A DNA stretch of 64,000 nt, from assembly GCA_001805965.1 (NCBI GenBank), contig MHHG01000006.1:3741-67740 (forward strand), written 5' to 3'. Shown here piece by piece: positions 37,409 to 50,340 of the stretch; the stretch's first letter is position 1, and each line of letters begins with the position of its first letter. A program made the translations under genes and the position numbers. A model generated the notes under the pieces. That model worked only from the letters and a program-made list of their open reading frames with translations, searched no databases and had not been told where the DNA came from. The DNA comes from Omnitrophica WOR_2 bacterium RIFOXYA2_FULL_38_17. GTDB lineage: Bacteria; Omnitrophota; Gorgyraeia; Zapsychrales; Zapsychraceae.

Positions 37409-37436
37409 GCCCCAAGAGTTTATCTGGGGTTTTTTT
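37409..37436 (+). terminator. Terminator-like hairpin in the ribBA leader (possible attenuator)
   Basis: GCCCCAAGA-GTTTA-TCTGGGGT followed by a T-tract, 31 nt before the start codon. Confidence 0.5.
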
Positions 37437-37467
37437 ATTGCAAGTCAATCAAACGGAGAAAAAGATA

Positions 37468-38670
37468 ATGTTTAACACAATTAAAGAAGCATTAGAAGAC
37501 CTGAAACAAGGTAAAATGATAGTTGTTATGGATGATGAAGGCCGCGAAAATGAAGGAGATCTGTTGTGTCCTGCACAATTTATTACTACTGAAAAAATTA
37601 ATTTCATGGCAAGGGAGGCAAGAGGCCTTATTTGTATACCGATGGAGGCAAACAGGCTTGATGAGCTAGACCTTCATCCGATGAAAGTCCATGTAAGCCA
37701 TAGACATCAGCCATGTGATACTGGCTGGGCGATCTCAGTAGATGCTGCCAACGGTGTAACAACCGGTATTTCCGCATCAGATAGGGCTAAAACAGTGGAA
37801 GTTCTGATTGACCCGGACTCAAAGCCTTCTGACCTTATCACGCCAGGACATTTATTTCCTCTTCGTGCTGCAAAAGGAGGAGTTCTCGTCCGTGCCGGTC
37901 ATACTGAAGCGTCAGTTGACCTTACTCGCTTGGCTGGACTTTATCCTGCAGGTGTTATTTGTGAGATCATGAATGAAGATGGTACAATGGCACGTACCAG
38001 CGATCTTAAAGAATTTTCAAAAAAGCATGGCTTAAAGATCTGTACTATTGATAGCCTTATTGATTATCTGAGCAAATCAGAGAAGCTCATTGAAAAAGTT
38101 GTCGAAACAAAATTGCCTACGAAATATGGTGATTTTAAATTGTATGCCTATAAGTCAAAGATAGACGGAACAGAGCATTTAGCTATGGTTAAAGGTGATA
38201 TTGATGAAACGACTCCTGTTTTGGTTAGGGTTCAATCTGAATGTTTAACCGGGGATGTTTTTGGGTCCCTAAGATGTGACTGCAATGAACAGCTGCACGT
38301 AGCCCTAAGGACTATATCAGACAATGGCTCGGGTGTTTTGCTTTATATGAGACAAGAAGGAAGAGGCATTGGGCTGATAAATAAACTAAAAGCATATTGT
38401 CTTCAGGATGAAGGAATGGATACAGTAGAGGCAAATGAAGCTTTAGGCTTTTCTCCAGACCTTCGCAATTATGGATTAGGGGCTCAGATCTTGGTTGACT
38501 TAGGTATCAAGCAGATCAGGCTGTTAACGAACAATCCGAGAAAAATTGTAGGACTTGAAGGTTATGGCTTGTCAGTGACAGAAAGAGTTTCGCTAAAAAT
38601 TGCTCATAACCCGAGCAATGAGAGATATTTAAAAACAAAAAAAGATAAAATGGGACATATTCTGGATTAG
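37468..38670 (+). CDS. ribBA: Bifunctional DHBP synthase / GTP cyclohydrolase II
   Basis: [34 protein letters not shown] and QEGRGIGL motifs; GGAG site before ATG 37468. Confidence 0.96.
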   Translation: MFNTIKEALEDLKQGKMIVVMDDEGRENEGDLLCPAQFITTEKINFMAREARGLICIPMEANRLDELDLHPMKVHVSHRHQPCDTGWAISVDAANGVTTGISASDRAKTVEVLIDPDSKPSDLITPGHLFPLRAAKGGVLVRAGHTEASVDLTRLAGLYPAGVICEIMNEDGTMARTSDLKEFSKKHGLKICTIDSLIDYLSKSEKLIEKVVETKLPTKYGDFKLYAYKSKIDGTEHLAMVKGDIDETTPVLVRVQSECLTGDVFGSLRCDCNEQLHVALRTISDNGSGVLLYMRQEGRGIGLINKLKAYCLQDEGMDTVEANEALGFSPDLRNYGLGAQILVDLGIKQIRLLTNNPRKIVGLEGYGLSVTERVSLKIAHNPSNERYLKTKKDKMGHILD

Positions 38671-38680
38671 TGTTCTTATT

Positions 38681-39157
38681 ATGGTTAAAGAATATTCTGG
38701 AAAGTTAAATGGTAAAGGAAGAAGAATAGGCATTGTAGTGTCTCGGTTTAATGAGAATATTACTAAGCGTCTTCTTGAAGGTTGTTTAGACGAGCTTGCA
38801 AAGGCAGGGGTCAAGAAAAAAAATCTTTCTGTTTGCTGGGTGCCTGGGGCTTTCGAGATATCACTTGCAGCTCAGGAATTAGCCAAGAAAAAAACAATTG
38901 ATGCTGTTATTTGTTTAGGGGCTGTTATCCGAGGTGAAACTTATCATTATGAATTAGTTGCTCAAGGGGCTGCTCAGGGAATAGCAAAGGTAGCTCTAGA
39001 TTGCTCAAAGCCTGTGATCTTTGAGGTGCTTGCAACGGATACAGTTGAGCAGGCGAATAAGCGCAGTCAAGAAAATGGTGATAACAAAGGAAGGGATGCA
39101 GCATTAGCAGCTCTTGAGATGGCTGACCTTCTTGTTAATATAAAAAAGCAATCATAA
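38681..39157 (+). CDS. ribH: 6,7-dimethyl-8-ribityllumazine synthase
   Basis: VSRFN, VPGAFEI and LGAVIRGET.H motifs. Confidence 0.96.
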   Translation: MVKEYSGKLNGKGRRIGIVVSRFNENITKRLLEGCLDELAKAGVKKKNLSVCWVPGAFEISLAAQELAKKKTIDAVICLGAVIRGETYHYELVAQGAAQGIAKVALDCSKPVIFEVLATDTVEQANKRSQENGDNKGRDAALAALEMADLLVNIKKQS

Positions 39158-39263
39158 TATCATAGTGATTGTTTTTAGAAGCTAAATCCTTATATTTGTC
39201 TTTTTGCCGGACAGGCGTTCAGGGGAAAGCTTCATTTGAAATATTATTTATTGAGGAATTTAT

Positions 39264-39677
39264 ATGCGTAAAAGGACTCATGCTCGCGAATATGTCTTAA
39301 AGATTCTTTATCAGGCTGAAATAACGCGTCGTGAAATTCATAAAGCCTCCGATTATTACTGGAGTGAAATAGATTCCATAGATAAATATGTAAAAGAATT
39401 CTCTGATATATTGACAGATGGCATTGCAAAGAATATTGAAAAGATTGATAATAAGATTTCCGAATATGCTACGAACTGGCAGTTGAAGAGAATGGCGGTT
39501 ATAGACCGGAATGTCTTAAGGATCGGTGTTTTTGAATTGTTATTCACCGATGATATTCCGCCTAAGGTCACGATAAATGAAGCTGTTGAACTGGCAAAAA
39601 AATATGGCGATATAGAGTCTAGTAAATTTGTTAACGGTATTTTGGATAAAATACATAAAACAGAGGTTCCTTCTTGA
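39264..39677 (+). CDS. nusB: Transcription antitermination factor NusB
   Basis: R..AREY..KILYQ, IDRNVLR and INEAVELAKKYG...FVNGILD motifs. Confidence 0.95.
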   Translation: MRKRTHAREYVLKILYQAEITRREIHKASDYYWSEIDSIDKYVKEFSDILTDGIAKNIEKIDNKISEYATNWQLKRMAVIDRNVLRIGVFELLFTDDIPPKVTINEAVELAKKYGDIESSKFVNGILDKIHKTEVPS

Positions 39678-39796
39678 GCCAAGCAGCAAAGAGATGGTCG
39701 TTCTACAAAACAATAAAAAATATAAATTCTTCTTTTTTCCTTCTAGCAGTCTATTAACCCAGCACATTTAGGTCAGCTATGGCCAATATATAGATT

Positions 39797-40630
39797 ATGA
39801 CACGATACGCAGATTTGCATATACATACAAATTACTCAGACAGCACGTTAACGCCTTTTGAGGTCGTTGAACAAGCCTATAAAAATGATATCTACTGTAT
39901 ATCTATAACTGATCATGATACTTTTGAAGGAGTTGCTTTGGCTATTGAGGCAGCAAAGAAGTATGGCATTGAAGTGATATCGGGTATAGAATTGTCGTCT
40001 GTTCTCAATGGTAAGGATGTTCATATTTTAGGCTATTTGTTTGATCATGTGAATGAAGAATTTACAAACAGATTAATGTGTATGCAGGATACAAGAGTGG
40101 GCAGAATGCAGAAGATGATCAATAAGCTGAAAGATCTTGGCATTGATAATATTGAGTTAGAAGAGGTTTGCAATCTTGCAGAAACAAGGTCGGTCGGAAG
40201 GCCGCATTTGGCCCTGATGTTGAAGCAAAAGGGGTGGGTTTCAGAAGTAAGAGAGGCTTTTGATAAATATATTGCGGAAGGGGCGCCTGCTTATTTTCCA
40301 AAATATAAACAAACACCTTATGAGGCCATTCAGTTAATAAATGAAATGGGAGGCGTTGCAGTTCTGGCTCATCCAATGATAACCAAGATCGATGAAATGA
40401 TACCTGGATTAGTTAAAGAGGGATTAAAAGGAATTGAAGTATATTATCCGAATGTTTCAAGCACTATCGTTGAGTTTTATGAAGGATTGGCAGCAAAGCA
40501 CGGCCTTGTTGCTACGGGAGGATCGGATTCTCATGGAAATGCTAAGAAAGATATCTTTATTGGCAAGATAAAGGTGGCGTATTCTCAGGTTGATCAGTTG
40601 AAAAATAAATTGGCTACAAATATATATTAA
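39797..40630 (+). CDS. PHP-domain phosphoesterase (YciV/TrpH-like)
   Basis: DLHIHT..SD, ITDHD, GRPH, LAHP and TGGSDSHG motifs. Confidence 0.88.
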   Translation: MTRYADLHIHTNYSDSTLTPFEVVEQAYKNDIYCISITDHDTFEGVALAIEAAKKYGIEVISGIELSSVLNGKDVHILGYLFDHVNEEFTNRLMCMQDTRVGRMQKMINKLKDLGIDNIELEEVCNLAETRSVGRPHLALMLKQKGWVSEVREAFDKYIAEGAPAYFPKYKQTPYEAIQLINEMGGVAVLAHPMITKIDEMIPGLVKEGLKGIEVYYPNVSSTIVEFYEGLAAKHGLVATGGSDSHGNAKKDIFIGKIKVAYSQVDQLKNKLATNIY

Positions 40631-40645
40631 TTATAAAGGCTGCCA

Positions 40646-41773
40646 ATGAACACCAAGAATAATGATAAGTTCTTTATGCAGCAGGCGATCGGGCTTGCAT
40701 TAAAGGCTAAAGGTAATACTTCCCCAAATCCTGTAGTTGGTGCAGTGATTGTCAAAAATGGAAAAGTTGTTTCAAGTGGTTATCATCGACGATGTGGCGG
40801 AGATCATGCAGAAGTTATAGCTTTGAAAAAAGCAAATGGCGAAGACATCAAGGGAGCAACCCTTTATGTTACCCTTGAGCCCTGTAACCATTGGGGAAAT
40901 ACCCCTCCTTGCGTTGATAGTGTGATCGAAAGCGGAATTAGTGAAGTTGTTATTGCGATAAAGGACCCTAATCCTTTAACTAACGGTAGATCAATCAATA
41001 AGCTTAGAAGTGCAAAGTTAAAAGTAAGAGTTGGCGTTCTAGCTGAAGCAGCAGCAGCTATCAATGAAGCATTTATAAAACACGTAAAATTCGGTATGCC
41101 TTTTGTCGTTGCAAAATGTGCCCAGACATTGGACGGTAAGATCGCTGCGGCGTCGGGACATTCAAAATGGATAACTTCAAGCAAGACAAGAGATTACACT
41201 CATAAGCTTAGGGATGAATTTGATGCGATCTTGGTTGGAAGCAATACTGTACTAAAAGATGACCCGGGATTAAATGGGTCCAAGAAAAGTAAAAAGATCA
41301 AAAAGATAGTTTTGGATTCAGGGCTAAAGATCTCTAAGAATGCAAGTTTGTTCAAGGGGGTGGATCTTAATGACTGTATCATTGCCACTACAAAGAGAGC
41401 ATCGCCTGATAAGTTAAAACAGTTTGTCAGCAATGGTGTTGATGTAATTGTTTGTCCGGATGTTAAGGGCCGTGTAGATATGAAATGGCTGTTCAAAGAG
41501 CTTGCTAAAAGAAAAATTTTAAGTATTCTAATAGAAGGCGGCGCTAAGGTTATCGGGAGTGCTTTAAAGGCAGATCTTGTCGATAAAATGCAGATAATTA
41601 TTGCGCCGAAGATAATCGGGGATGATAAAGCATTAAGCTCAATAGTTGGGATGAATGTGCTGAACGTGAACAAAGCTATAGAGCTGGAAAAAGTCAATAT
41701 TAAGAAAATTAATAAAGAAATCATGGTGGAAGGTTATGTTCTCAGGAATTGTAGAAGAAACAGGAGTAGTTGA
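40646..41773 (+). CDS. ribD: Riboflavin biosynthesis deaminase/reductase
   Basis: TSPNP.VGAV, HAE, TLEPC..WGNTPPC, TLDGKIA and LIEGG motifs. Confidence 0.95.
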   Translation: MNTKNNDKFFMQQAIGLALKAKGNTSPNPVVGAVIVKNGKVVSSGYHRRCGGDHAEVIALKKANGEDIKGATLYVTLEPCNHWGNTPPCVDSVIESGISEVVIAIKDPNPLTNGRSINKLRSAKLKVRVGVLAEAAAAINEAFIKHVKFGMPFVVAKCAQTLDGKIAAASGHSKWITSSKTRDYTHKLRDEFDAILVGSNTVLKDDPGLNGSKKSKKIKKIVLDSGLKISKNASLFKGVDLNDCIIATTKRASPDKLKQFVSNGVDVIVCPDVKGRVDMKWLFKELAKRKILSILIEGGAKVIGSALKADLVDKMQIIIAPKIIGDDKALSSIVGMNVLNVNKAIELEKVNIKKINKEIMVEGYVLRNCRRNRSS

Positions 41774-42350
41774 AAAGATCGTTAAGAAAGAAAACCTTTC
41801 GACCCTTTATATAAGAGGGAAGAAGGTTGTAAGAGGGACAAAAGCGGGAGATAGCATTTCGGTCTCAGGCGTTTGCTTGACGGTAACAGGCGTTAATAAT
41901 GGCTTGTTATGTTTTGACATAATGAAAGAGACCATAATCAGGACTTCTCTGGGCAAGCTATGTGCTAAAAGCAAGGTTAATCTCGAAAGGGCTTTAAAGA
42001 TGAACAGCAGGATCAGCGGGCATTTTGTCAGCGGGCATGTTGATGATATGGAGACGGTAAAGGATGTAATTACCGGGCCGAATTATACAGAGATCCAAGT
42101 TACTGTTTCAAAAGAACTTTCAAAATATATAGTTCCAAAGGGCTCTGTCACTCTTGATGGAGTAAGCCTGACTGTCGGAGATGTTAGAAAGACGTTCTTC
42201 TCGGTCTATTTGATACCTTTCACATTAGAGGTCACAACATTGGGAATAAATAAAAAAGGTGATAAAATAAACATAGAGACAGATATATTAGCAAAGTATG
42301 TGCTCGCAGGATGTAAAGATTCTAAATCGCCTTATGTTTATTCAGAATGA
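41736..42350 (+). CDS. ribE: Riboflavin synthase (alpha chain)
   Basis: MFSGIVEE, GVCLTV, NLERAL, GHFVSGHVD and KGSVTLDGVSLTV motifs. Confidence 0.93.
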   Translation: MFSGIVEETGVVEKIVKKENLSTLYIRGKKVVRGTKAGDSISVSGVCLTVTGVNNGLLCFDIMKETIIRTSLGKLCAKSKVNLERALKMNSRISGHFVSGHVDDMETVKDVITGPNYTEIQVTVSKELSKYIVPKGSVTLDGVSLTVGDVRKTFFSVYLIPFTLEVTTLGINKKGDKINIETDILAKYVLAGCKDSKSPYVYSE

Positions 42351-42385
42351 TATTTTTTTAAAGAACAACTTGAAAGGAAAATGAA

Positions 42386-42820
42386 ATGGAATTAGATATT
42401 ATACAAATTCAAAAGATCATACCTCACAGATTTCCATTTTTGCTTATTGATAAAGTCACTGAATTAGTTCCCAATGAAAAATTGATCGCTATCAAGAACG
42501 TTACAGTTAATGAGCATCATTTTGTGGGACATTTTCCTAATGAAAAGGTCATGCCTGGAGTTTTGATAATTGAAGCAATGGCTCAGGCAGGTTGCATATA
42601 TTTTTATTATAGCAAGAATATGCAGGGTAAAGACCTTGTTTATTATCTTGCAAAAGTCACTTGTAAATTTCGTGCGCCAGTAGTGCCTGGCGATCAGTTG
42701 CGTATTGAGGTAACGACTATTAAAATGCTTCCCACTGCTGGATTTTTAAGAACCCGTGCTTATGTTAAAGATAATCTTGTAGCTGAGGCTGAGATAGGTT
42801 TCGGCATAAAGGAAGTATAA
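42386..42820 (+). CDS. fabZ: 3-hydroxyacyl-ACP dehydratase
   Basis: IPHRFPFLLID and GHFP...MPGVLIIEAMAQ motifs. Confidence 0.94.
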   Translation: MELDIIQIQKIIPHRFPFLLIDKVTELVPNEKLIAIKNVTVNEHHFVGHFPNEKVMPGVLIIEAMAQAGCIYFYYSKNMQGKDLVYYLAKVTCKFRAPVVPGDQLRIEVTTIKMLPTAGFLRTRAYVKDNLVAEAEIGFGIKEV

Positions 42821-43206
42821 TGTTCTCGAACAAAATGAATAAGAGTGATAATCATATGCATAAAGAGCGCAGGAGCATAGAAAGAGTCCAATACTATAAG
42901 CCGGTTCAGTTAAGCTTTGGTATACAGGTTTCTGTAACTGGCAAAATAAGGGATATTTCAGAGAAGAGCGCATTTATTGATATGAAGAGTTCTCTTTATG
43001 TTGAAAAAGACGATGAGTTTGATTTTAAGATATTTTTATCCAGAGATGATGCTGATTTAACAGTTGAAGGCAAGGCAAAGATATCTCGTGTAGCAACAGA
43101 GGGTATTGCGATCTATTTTACGTATTTAAGCAAGGATTCCCAGGAAAAGCTATTGGATCTTATCGATGAGCTGAGGCCAACGCAAAGAAGGCCGGATTAT
43201 TATTGA
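42820..43206 (+). CDS. PilZ domain (c-di-GMP-binding) protein
   Basis: ERRSIER (RxxxR) and DISEKSA (D/NxSxxG-like) motifs. Confidence 0.7.
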   Translation: MFSNKMNKSDNHMHKERRSIERVQYYKPVQLSFGIQVSVTGKIRDISEKSAFIDMKSSLYVEKDDEFDFKIFLSRDDADLTVEGKAKISRVATEGIAIYFTYLSKDSQEKLLDLIDELRPTQRRPDYY

Positions 43207-43248
43207 ACTTAAATAAATAGAAATAAATAGTAAATGCAAATAAAGAAT

Positions 43249-43304
43249 AAATGGGGTCAGGCCTCGGGAATTGTAAAAGTTTCTCGGTTTCTGGCCCCAT
43301 TTTT
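43249..43304. repeat. Inverted repeat (terminator- or REP-like)
   Basis: AAATGGGGTCAG ... CTGGCCCCATTT followed by Ts. Confidence 0.6.
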
Positions 43305-43340
43305 CTATTATTTAAATCATTATAACTGAACTTAGAATCT

Positions 43341-45233
43341 ATGGAAAAATTGAATTTTCAGAAAAGTATTTATCTGACGAAAGATGCGTTCATTCTTATC
43401 TTTGCGGCTTACGCGCTGGATGTTATTTATGCGCGATTGACAACCTTTGCCTTGGGCCTGTGGCTTGCCCCTCTTTTTCTGGTTTTAAAGATCTTTCTCT
43501 TCGGAGGTATTTTTGCTACATGTATCGATATGATTTTTAAAGAGAATTACCGCATAACCCTTTTTCGGACATTGAAAAATTGCCAAAAGTATGCATGGAG
43601 CTATTTGCTATTGTTGGCTGCCATGGTCATGGTATATGTTTTTCTTACCACTTTTTTTGAGGCCTTTAACCAATTATCTTTTTTGCAGGCCAAAAATCAT
43701 TTTCAGTTTTTTGTTTATCCTTTGATAGCGTATTTGATAATTATCTCAAAATACGGAAGCACCCTCAAGAAGGGGCATTGTAAGGGGTTCTTTAGCTGTT
43801 TTGTTCTTGGGGTTTTTACAGCTGCCTATTGTCTGGATATTTTTCTTTTTTACTTTTCCGAAATTATCGATGTTGCCAATTTTGAGATCCCAAGGATCAC
43901 TCTTTTTTTGTCGAGAAGCCTGCAGACCTTTATGTTCTTCTATGTTGCTGTTTTGATCGCCGATCCTTATCTTCCAGAGGAAAAGGAGGGAAACGGAAAA
44001 GAGCTCTACTTGATAAGGCCTATCAGTAAGGGGCTTCCTGGGTATTTCAGTAGGTTTGTTGTCAGGAAATACCCTTCTTTTTTTCATGTTTTGAGGGCTT
44101 TGACACCTGCTAATTACAAAGTCAAAGAGTTTGACCAAAAAGTATTTTCAGAACGTGATTATAAGCCAGGGAAACTGGTTGCCATTACCTGTTACACCTC
44201 TAACGCTTTTCAGGCTTACCATATTGCAAGAAAATTCAAGAAAAGGGGGTCAACAGTTGTTATGGGAGGGCCTCATGTTAATTTTCTTCCCCAGGAAGCA
44301 TTGGAATATTGTGATAGCGTTGTTATCGGCGAAGCAGAAGGGGTCTGGCCAAAGCTGATAGAAGATCATGAAAAAGGAGAGCTTCAGAAGATGTATTCTG
44401 GAGAGCCTTTGGAAAACTTTTATGAGAAGACAGATGATTTTATCCTTAAAGATCTTGATAAAAATAAGGACATATTTTTGGAAGTGACAAGGGGTTGCAA
44501 ATACGGGTGCGATTTTTGTACGATTCCCAGTTTAAGTTTTGGCAGGATAAGGCGTCGCCCTATTGAAAATATTGCAAAGATGATCGAAAAGACGAAAAAA
44601 AAGAAAATGTTCTTCTATTTTCTGGATAATAATATTTTTGCCGATCCCGAATATGCTAGAGAGCTCTTTAATGAGTTGAAGCAACATAAAATAAGATGGG
44701 TGGGATCAAGCAGTCTGGATATAGCCAAGAATGATGAGGATCTGGAGCTGCTGAAACAAAGCGGTTGCGTTGAACTGCTTATTGGGTACGAGATATTCTC
44801 ATTGTCCAGTGAAAAAGAAAAGAGAGGTAAATATTCTTTGGCTGATGAATATTTGTCCCTGACGAAAAAGATCAAGAAAAAGGGCATCGCTATAAAGGCA
44901 CAGTTCATTTTGGGCTTTGAATCAGATACAATTAAAAGTTATTGGCATTTGTGGAAATTTGCATTTACGCTTCACCCAACAGAATCCGCGGTTTCTGTGC
45001 TGACCCCTTTGCCCGGATCAAAGCTGTTTCAAAAAATGACACAAGAGGACAGGATTATAAATTTAAATTGGAGCAACTATGCCCTGGACAGAGTGGTCTT
45101 TAAACATCCGTTTTTAAATGAATGGGTTTTGTCGTCCGGGTATTATGCTTATTTTCTATTCTTTCACTTAACAACATCTATTACCGGGCATTTGTTTCTT
45201 TTTATTCTGGTCGTTGCAGATTATTTGTTTTAA
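43341..45233 (+). CDS. Cobalamin-binding radical SAM protein with an N-terminal multi-TM domain
   Basis: About six hydrophobic segments; VVMGGPH and IGEAE (B12 domain); TRGCKYGCDFC (CxxxCxxC); TPLPGS. Confidence 0.85.
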   Translation: MEKLNFQKSIYLTKDAFILIFAAYALDVIYARLTTFALGLWLAPLFLVLKIFLFGGIFATCIDMIFKENYRITLFRTLKNCQKYAWSYLLLLAAMVMVYVFLTTFFEAFNQLSFLQAKNHFQFFVYPLIAYLIIISKYGSTLKKGHCKGFFSCFVLGVFTAAYCLDIFLFYFSEIIDVANFEIPRITLFLSRSLQTFMFFYVAVLIADPYLPEEKEGNGKELYLIRPISKGLPGYFSRFVVRKYPSFFHVLRALTPANYKVKEFDQKVFSERDYKPGKLVAITCYTSNAFQAYHIARKFKKRGSTVVMGGPHVNFLPQEALEYCDSVVIGEAEGVWPKLIEDHEKGELQKMYSGEPLENFYEKTDDFILKDLDKNKDIFLEVTRGCKYGCDFCTIPSLSFGRIRRRPIENIAKMIEKTKKKKMFFYFLDNNIFADPEYARELFNELKQHKIRWVGSSSLDIAKNDEDLELLKQSGCVELLIGYEIFSLSSEKEKRGKYSLADEYLSLTKKIKKKGIAIKAQFILGFESDTIKSYWHLWKFAFTLHPTESAVSVLTPLPGSKLFQKMTQEDRIINLNWSNYALDRVVFKHPFLNEWVLSSGYYAYFLFFHLTTSITGHLFLFILVVADYLF

Positions 45234-45855
45234 ACTGCAAAACCCAAATATGAATGATCGTAAAATAAATATCCAATATAAAAAGTGCTGCCGCCATGAT
45301 CAGGACTGTTGTTATAAAATTTATCGGATGAATGAATGTGGCGAAGAAAAAGGCAATGAAAAGAACTGTAGCCTGAAGAGAAAGCCTTTTGTTCAGGAAC
45401 TCAACAAGGGATATCGTTTTGTATTCTGACGCAAAAAATTCACCAATTTGATATAGGGAGAGGTTTTCAAAAGAACGCTCTTTGTAGGCGGTATCAATGA
45501 ATTCGTTCACTATTGTTAATAGGGCCACCCTGATCTGCTTTTTGAAAAAGAAATAAAGGGATAGAAGCAGGCAAAGGAATATCCATGTTCGCAGGGATTC
45601 ATGAAAAATGTATAGACGAGCGCAGGAAAACAGTGAAGGAATAGAAATTAAAAAAAGAATGTTTATGTAGGTGAAAAGTTTTTTGTATTTCCTTTTTATG
45701 CCCTGGCTGCTTTCGAGCTTTTCTCTGACCCGGTCATTTAAAATTAAAACAAGAAACCAGAAAAAAACATCGCTGTCATTTTTAATGGTTTCTTTCAATG
45801 CTTTAGGGCTTGAGAGATCAATATTTAGAAAGTTCTTGTTTATAATATTATTCAT
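45202..45855 (-). CDS. Hypothetical membrane protein
   Basis: Several TM segments; probable start at MNNIINK (the ORF extends to 45966). Confidence 0.55.
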   Translation of the reverse strand: MNNIINKNFLNIDLSSPKALKETIKNDSDVFFWFLVLILNDRVREKLESSQGIKRKYKKLFTYINILFLISIPSLFSCARLYIFHESLRTWIFLCLLLSLYFFFKKQIRVALLTIVNEFIDTAYKERSFENLSLYQIGEFFASEYKTISLVEFLNKRLSLQATVLFIAFFFATFIHPINFITTVLIMAAALFILDIYFTIIHIWVLQFKTNNLQRPE

Positions 45856-46022
45856 ATGCATCATATTATTATAAATAGTGTTGTCAACGCAACAGTTTTG
45901 AGGCTTTTTAATAGTTACATATTTATTGATCTGGCGCACCCGGCACTTTTGTTGACTGGGGAACAATTTCCCAAACTGCGATAAACTCAGAGAGTTATCG
46001 CGTTAATATCGCTTTTTTGATG

Positions 46023-46051
46023 TTGCAAAAAATAAATTAAACTGATAGACT
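46023..46051 (+). promoter_or_regulatory. Putative promoter for tRNA-Pro
   Basis: TTGCAA-N17-TAGACT with an extended TGn -10. Confidence 0.5.
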
Positions 46052-46084
46052 AGAGCACAAACATTTATTGTTAACTACGATCAA

Positions 46085-46158
46085 CGGGAAGTAGCGCAGC
46101 TGGCTAGCGCGCAACGTTCGGGACGTTGAAGTCGCGGGTTCGAATCCCGCCTTCCCGA
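46085..46158 (+). tRNA. tRNA-Pro (anticodon CGG), CCA not encoded
   Basis: Acceptor stem CGGGAAG/CTTCCCG, anticodon arm CAACG-TTCGGGA-CGTTG, GGTTCGAATCC T-loop. Confidence 0.94.
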
Positions 46159-46233
46159 TGATATGTAGTTAATGTAGGGATAAGCCAAAAGGATTCACTA
46201 TTATTTTTAATATTATTTTAAAGGGAGATTTAA

Positions 46234-46680
46234 ATGAGCGAAAATAACAATGATTTCCAAGAAAAAGTAGAGAACGACCAGGATAGTGCTAAGAATCCCA
46301 AAGAGCAGGGAGGACCGAAAAAGGTTAAAATTATTTGTGATGCTAAAACAGAGCGCAATTGGGCGATGTTCTGCCATTTAAGTGCCTTGAGTTGTTTTTT
46401 AGGTGTGCCTTTTGGGAATGTCCTTGGGCCTTTGATTCTTTGGCTAGTAAAGAAAGATGAGCTTCCGGTTGTTGATGTTGAAGGAAAAGAGGCATTGAAC
46501 TTCCAGTTATCTATGACTATCTATACGATGGTCGCATTTATGTTATGTTTCTTTTTAATAGGATTTCTTTTGGTATTCCCGATAATTATAGCTAATCTTG
46601 TTCTTGTTATTGTGGCGGCGATTAAGGCAAGTAACGGAGAACATTATGAATACCCTTTTACAATTAGATTTATAAAATAG
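46234..46680 (+). CDS. DUF4870 (Tic20-like) membrane protein
   Basis: WAMFCHLS, GPLILWL.KK, GKEALNFQ and G..YEYPF motifs. Confidence 0.85.
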   Translation: MSENNNDFQEKVENDQDSAKNPKEQGGPKKVKIICDAKTERNWAMFCHLSALSCFLGVPFGNVLGPLILWLVKKDELPVVDVEGKEALNFQLSMTIYTMVAFMLCFFLIGFLLVFPIIIANLVLVIVAAIKASNGEHYEYPFTIRFIK

Positions 46681-46780
46681 CCCATTTTATCTTAAAACTT
46701 TGGCTGGTAAAAGGAGACAAATAGCTCAAAGTTATTGTTTTTTAACATCTTATTAGAAACTAAAAAATATTCCTTAATAA

Positions 46781-47047
46781 ATGATAGCTCATATTTTATA
46801 TTCAGGAAGGGTCCAGGGAGTCGGCTTTCGGTATACTGTGCATAGGTACGCTCTTGATCTTGGGCTTAAAGGCACAGTAAGGAATTCGGCTGCGGGTGAT
46901 GTCGAGATATATGTTCAAGGGGCGCAGGATGATATTGACAAAATGTGTTCTTTGATCGAAAGGCATTTTGATGGGTACATTAGTAACAAGGAGATCAGCT
47001 ATTCAAAAGAAGATAAGGTCTACCATGACTTTAGGATAACTTTTTAA
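46781..47047 (+). CDS. acyP: Acylphosphatase
   Basis: GRVQGVGFRY and GTVRN motifs. Confidence 0.92.
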   Translation: MIAHILYSGRVQGVGFRYTVHRYALDLGLKGTVRNSAAGDVEIYVQGAQDDIDKMCSLIERHFDGYISNKEISYSKEDKVYHDFRITF

Positions 47048-47055
47048 TTAATGAT

Positions 47056-47781
47056 ATGAAATACGGGATAATTTCAGATATTCATAGCAACCTTGAGGCT
47101 CTTAAGGAAGTATTAGCCGCATGTCAGAAGGAGAGGGTCGATAAATATCTATGTGTTGGTGATATTGTAGGCTACGGACCTAATCCTAAAGAATGTATTG
47201 ATATAGTGCAGTCTTTAGGGGCTGTTTGTGTTGCAGGCAATCATGACTGGGCTTCAATAGCGAAACTGGATGCTTCATATTTTACGCCTGATGGCAAGGA
47301 AGCTATTGCCTGGACTAGAGAACATTTGACCATGGAAAGCTTCACTTTTCTTAATAGCTTTCCGCTAATTGAAAAAGTGGAGGATCTTATCCTTGTTCAT
47401 GGGACCCTTTTTGAGCCGGAAAAGTTCAACTATCAGAATAATATTGCAGAGGTGCCAGACAGTTTTAATTTAATGGATAAGAACCTGTGCTTTGTTGGGC
47501 ATACCCATTCCCCTAAGGTCTTTGTTCAATTTAAAGATAAAGTCTATGTATCAAGTGAGCGTGTTGTGGAAATTGAGCAGGGGGTAAAATATATTGTCAA
47601 TGTTGGAAGTGTCGGTCAGCCTCGGGACGGGAATCCTTTAGCCTCATTTTGCATATATGATACTGACGCTGAGATTATTGAGATCAAAAGGGTCCGGTAT
47701 GATATTGAAGCGGTCCAAAAAAAGATAATAGACGCAGGCCTGCCCGGTATGCTGGCCTACAGGATTTCGATAGGTATGTAA
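47056..47781 (+). CDS. Metallophosphoesterase family protein
   Basis: SDIHSN, GDIVGYG, GNHD, GHTH and NVGSVGQPRDG motifs. Confidence 0.9.
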   Translation: MKYGIISDIHSNLEALKEVLAACQKERVDKYLCVGDIVGYGPNPKECIDIVQSLGAVCVAGNHDWASIAKLDASYFTPDGKEAIAWTREHLTMESFTFLNSFPLIEKVEDLILVHGTLFEPEKFNYQNNIAEVPDSFNLMDKNLCFVGHTHSPKVFVQFKDKVYVSSERVVEIEQGVKYIVNVGSVGQPRDGNPLASFCIYDTDAEIIEIKRVRYDIEAVQKKIIDAGLPGMLAYRISIGM

Positions 47782-50326
<2,545 letters not shown>

Positions 50327-50340
50327 TTTGCAAGGCGTAC

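Noticed and set aside
37396-37467. N-terminal extension of RibBA given by the ORF track
   Set aside because: Homology starts at MFNTIKEA, which has a GGAG site; the upstream part is leader sequence.
43211-43250. AAATAAATAG short tandem repeat
   Set aside because: Two copies in AT-rich intergenic DNA, consistent with low complexity.
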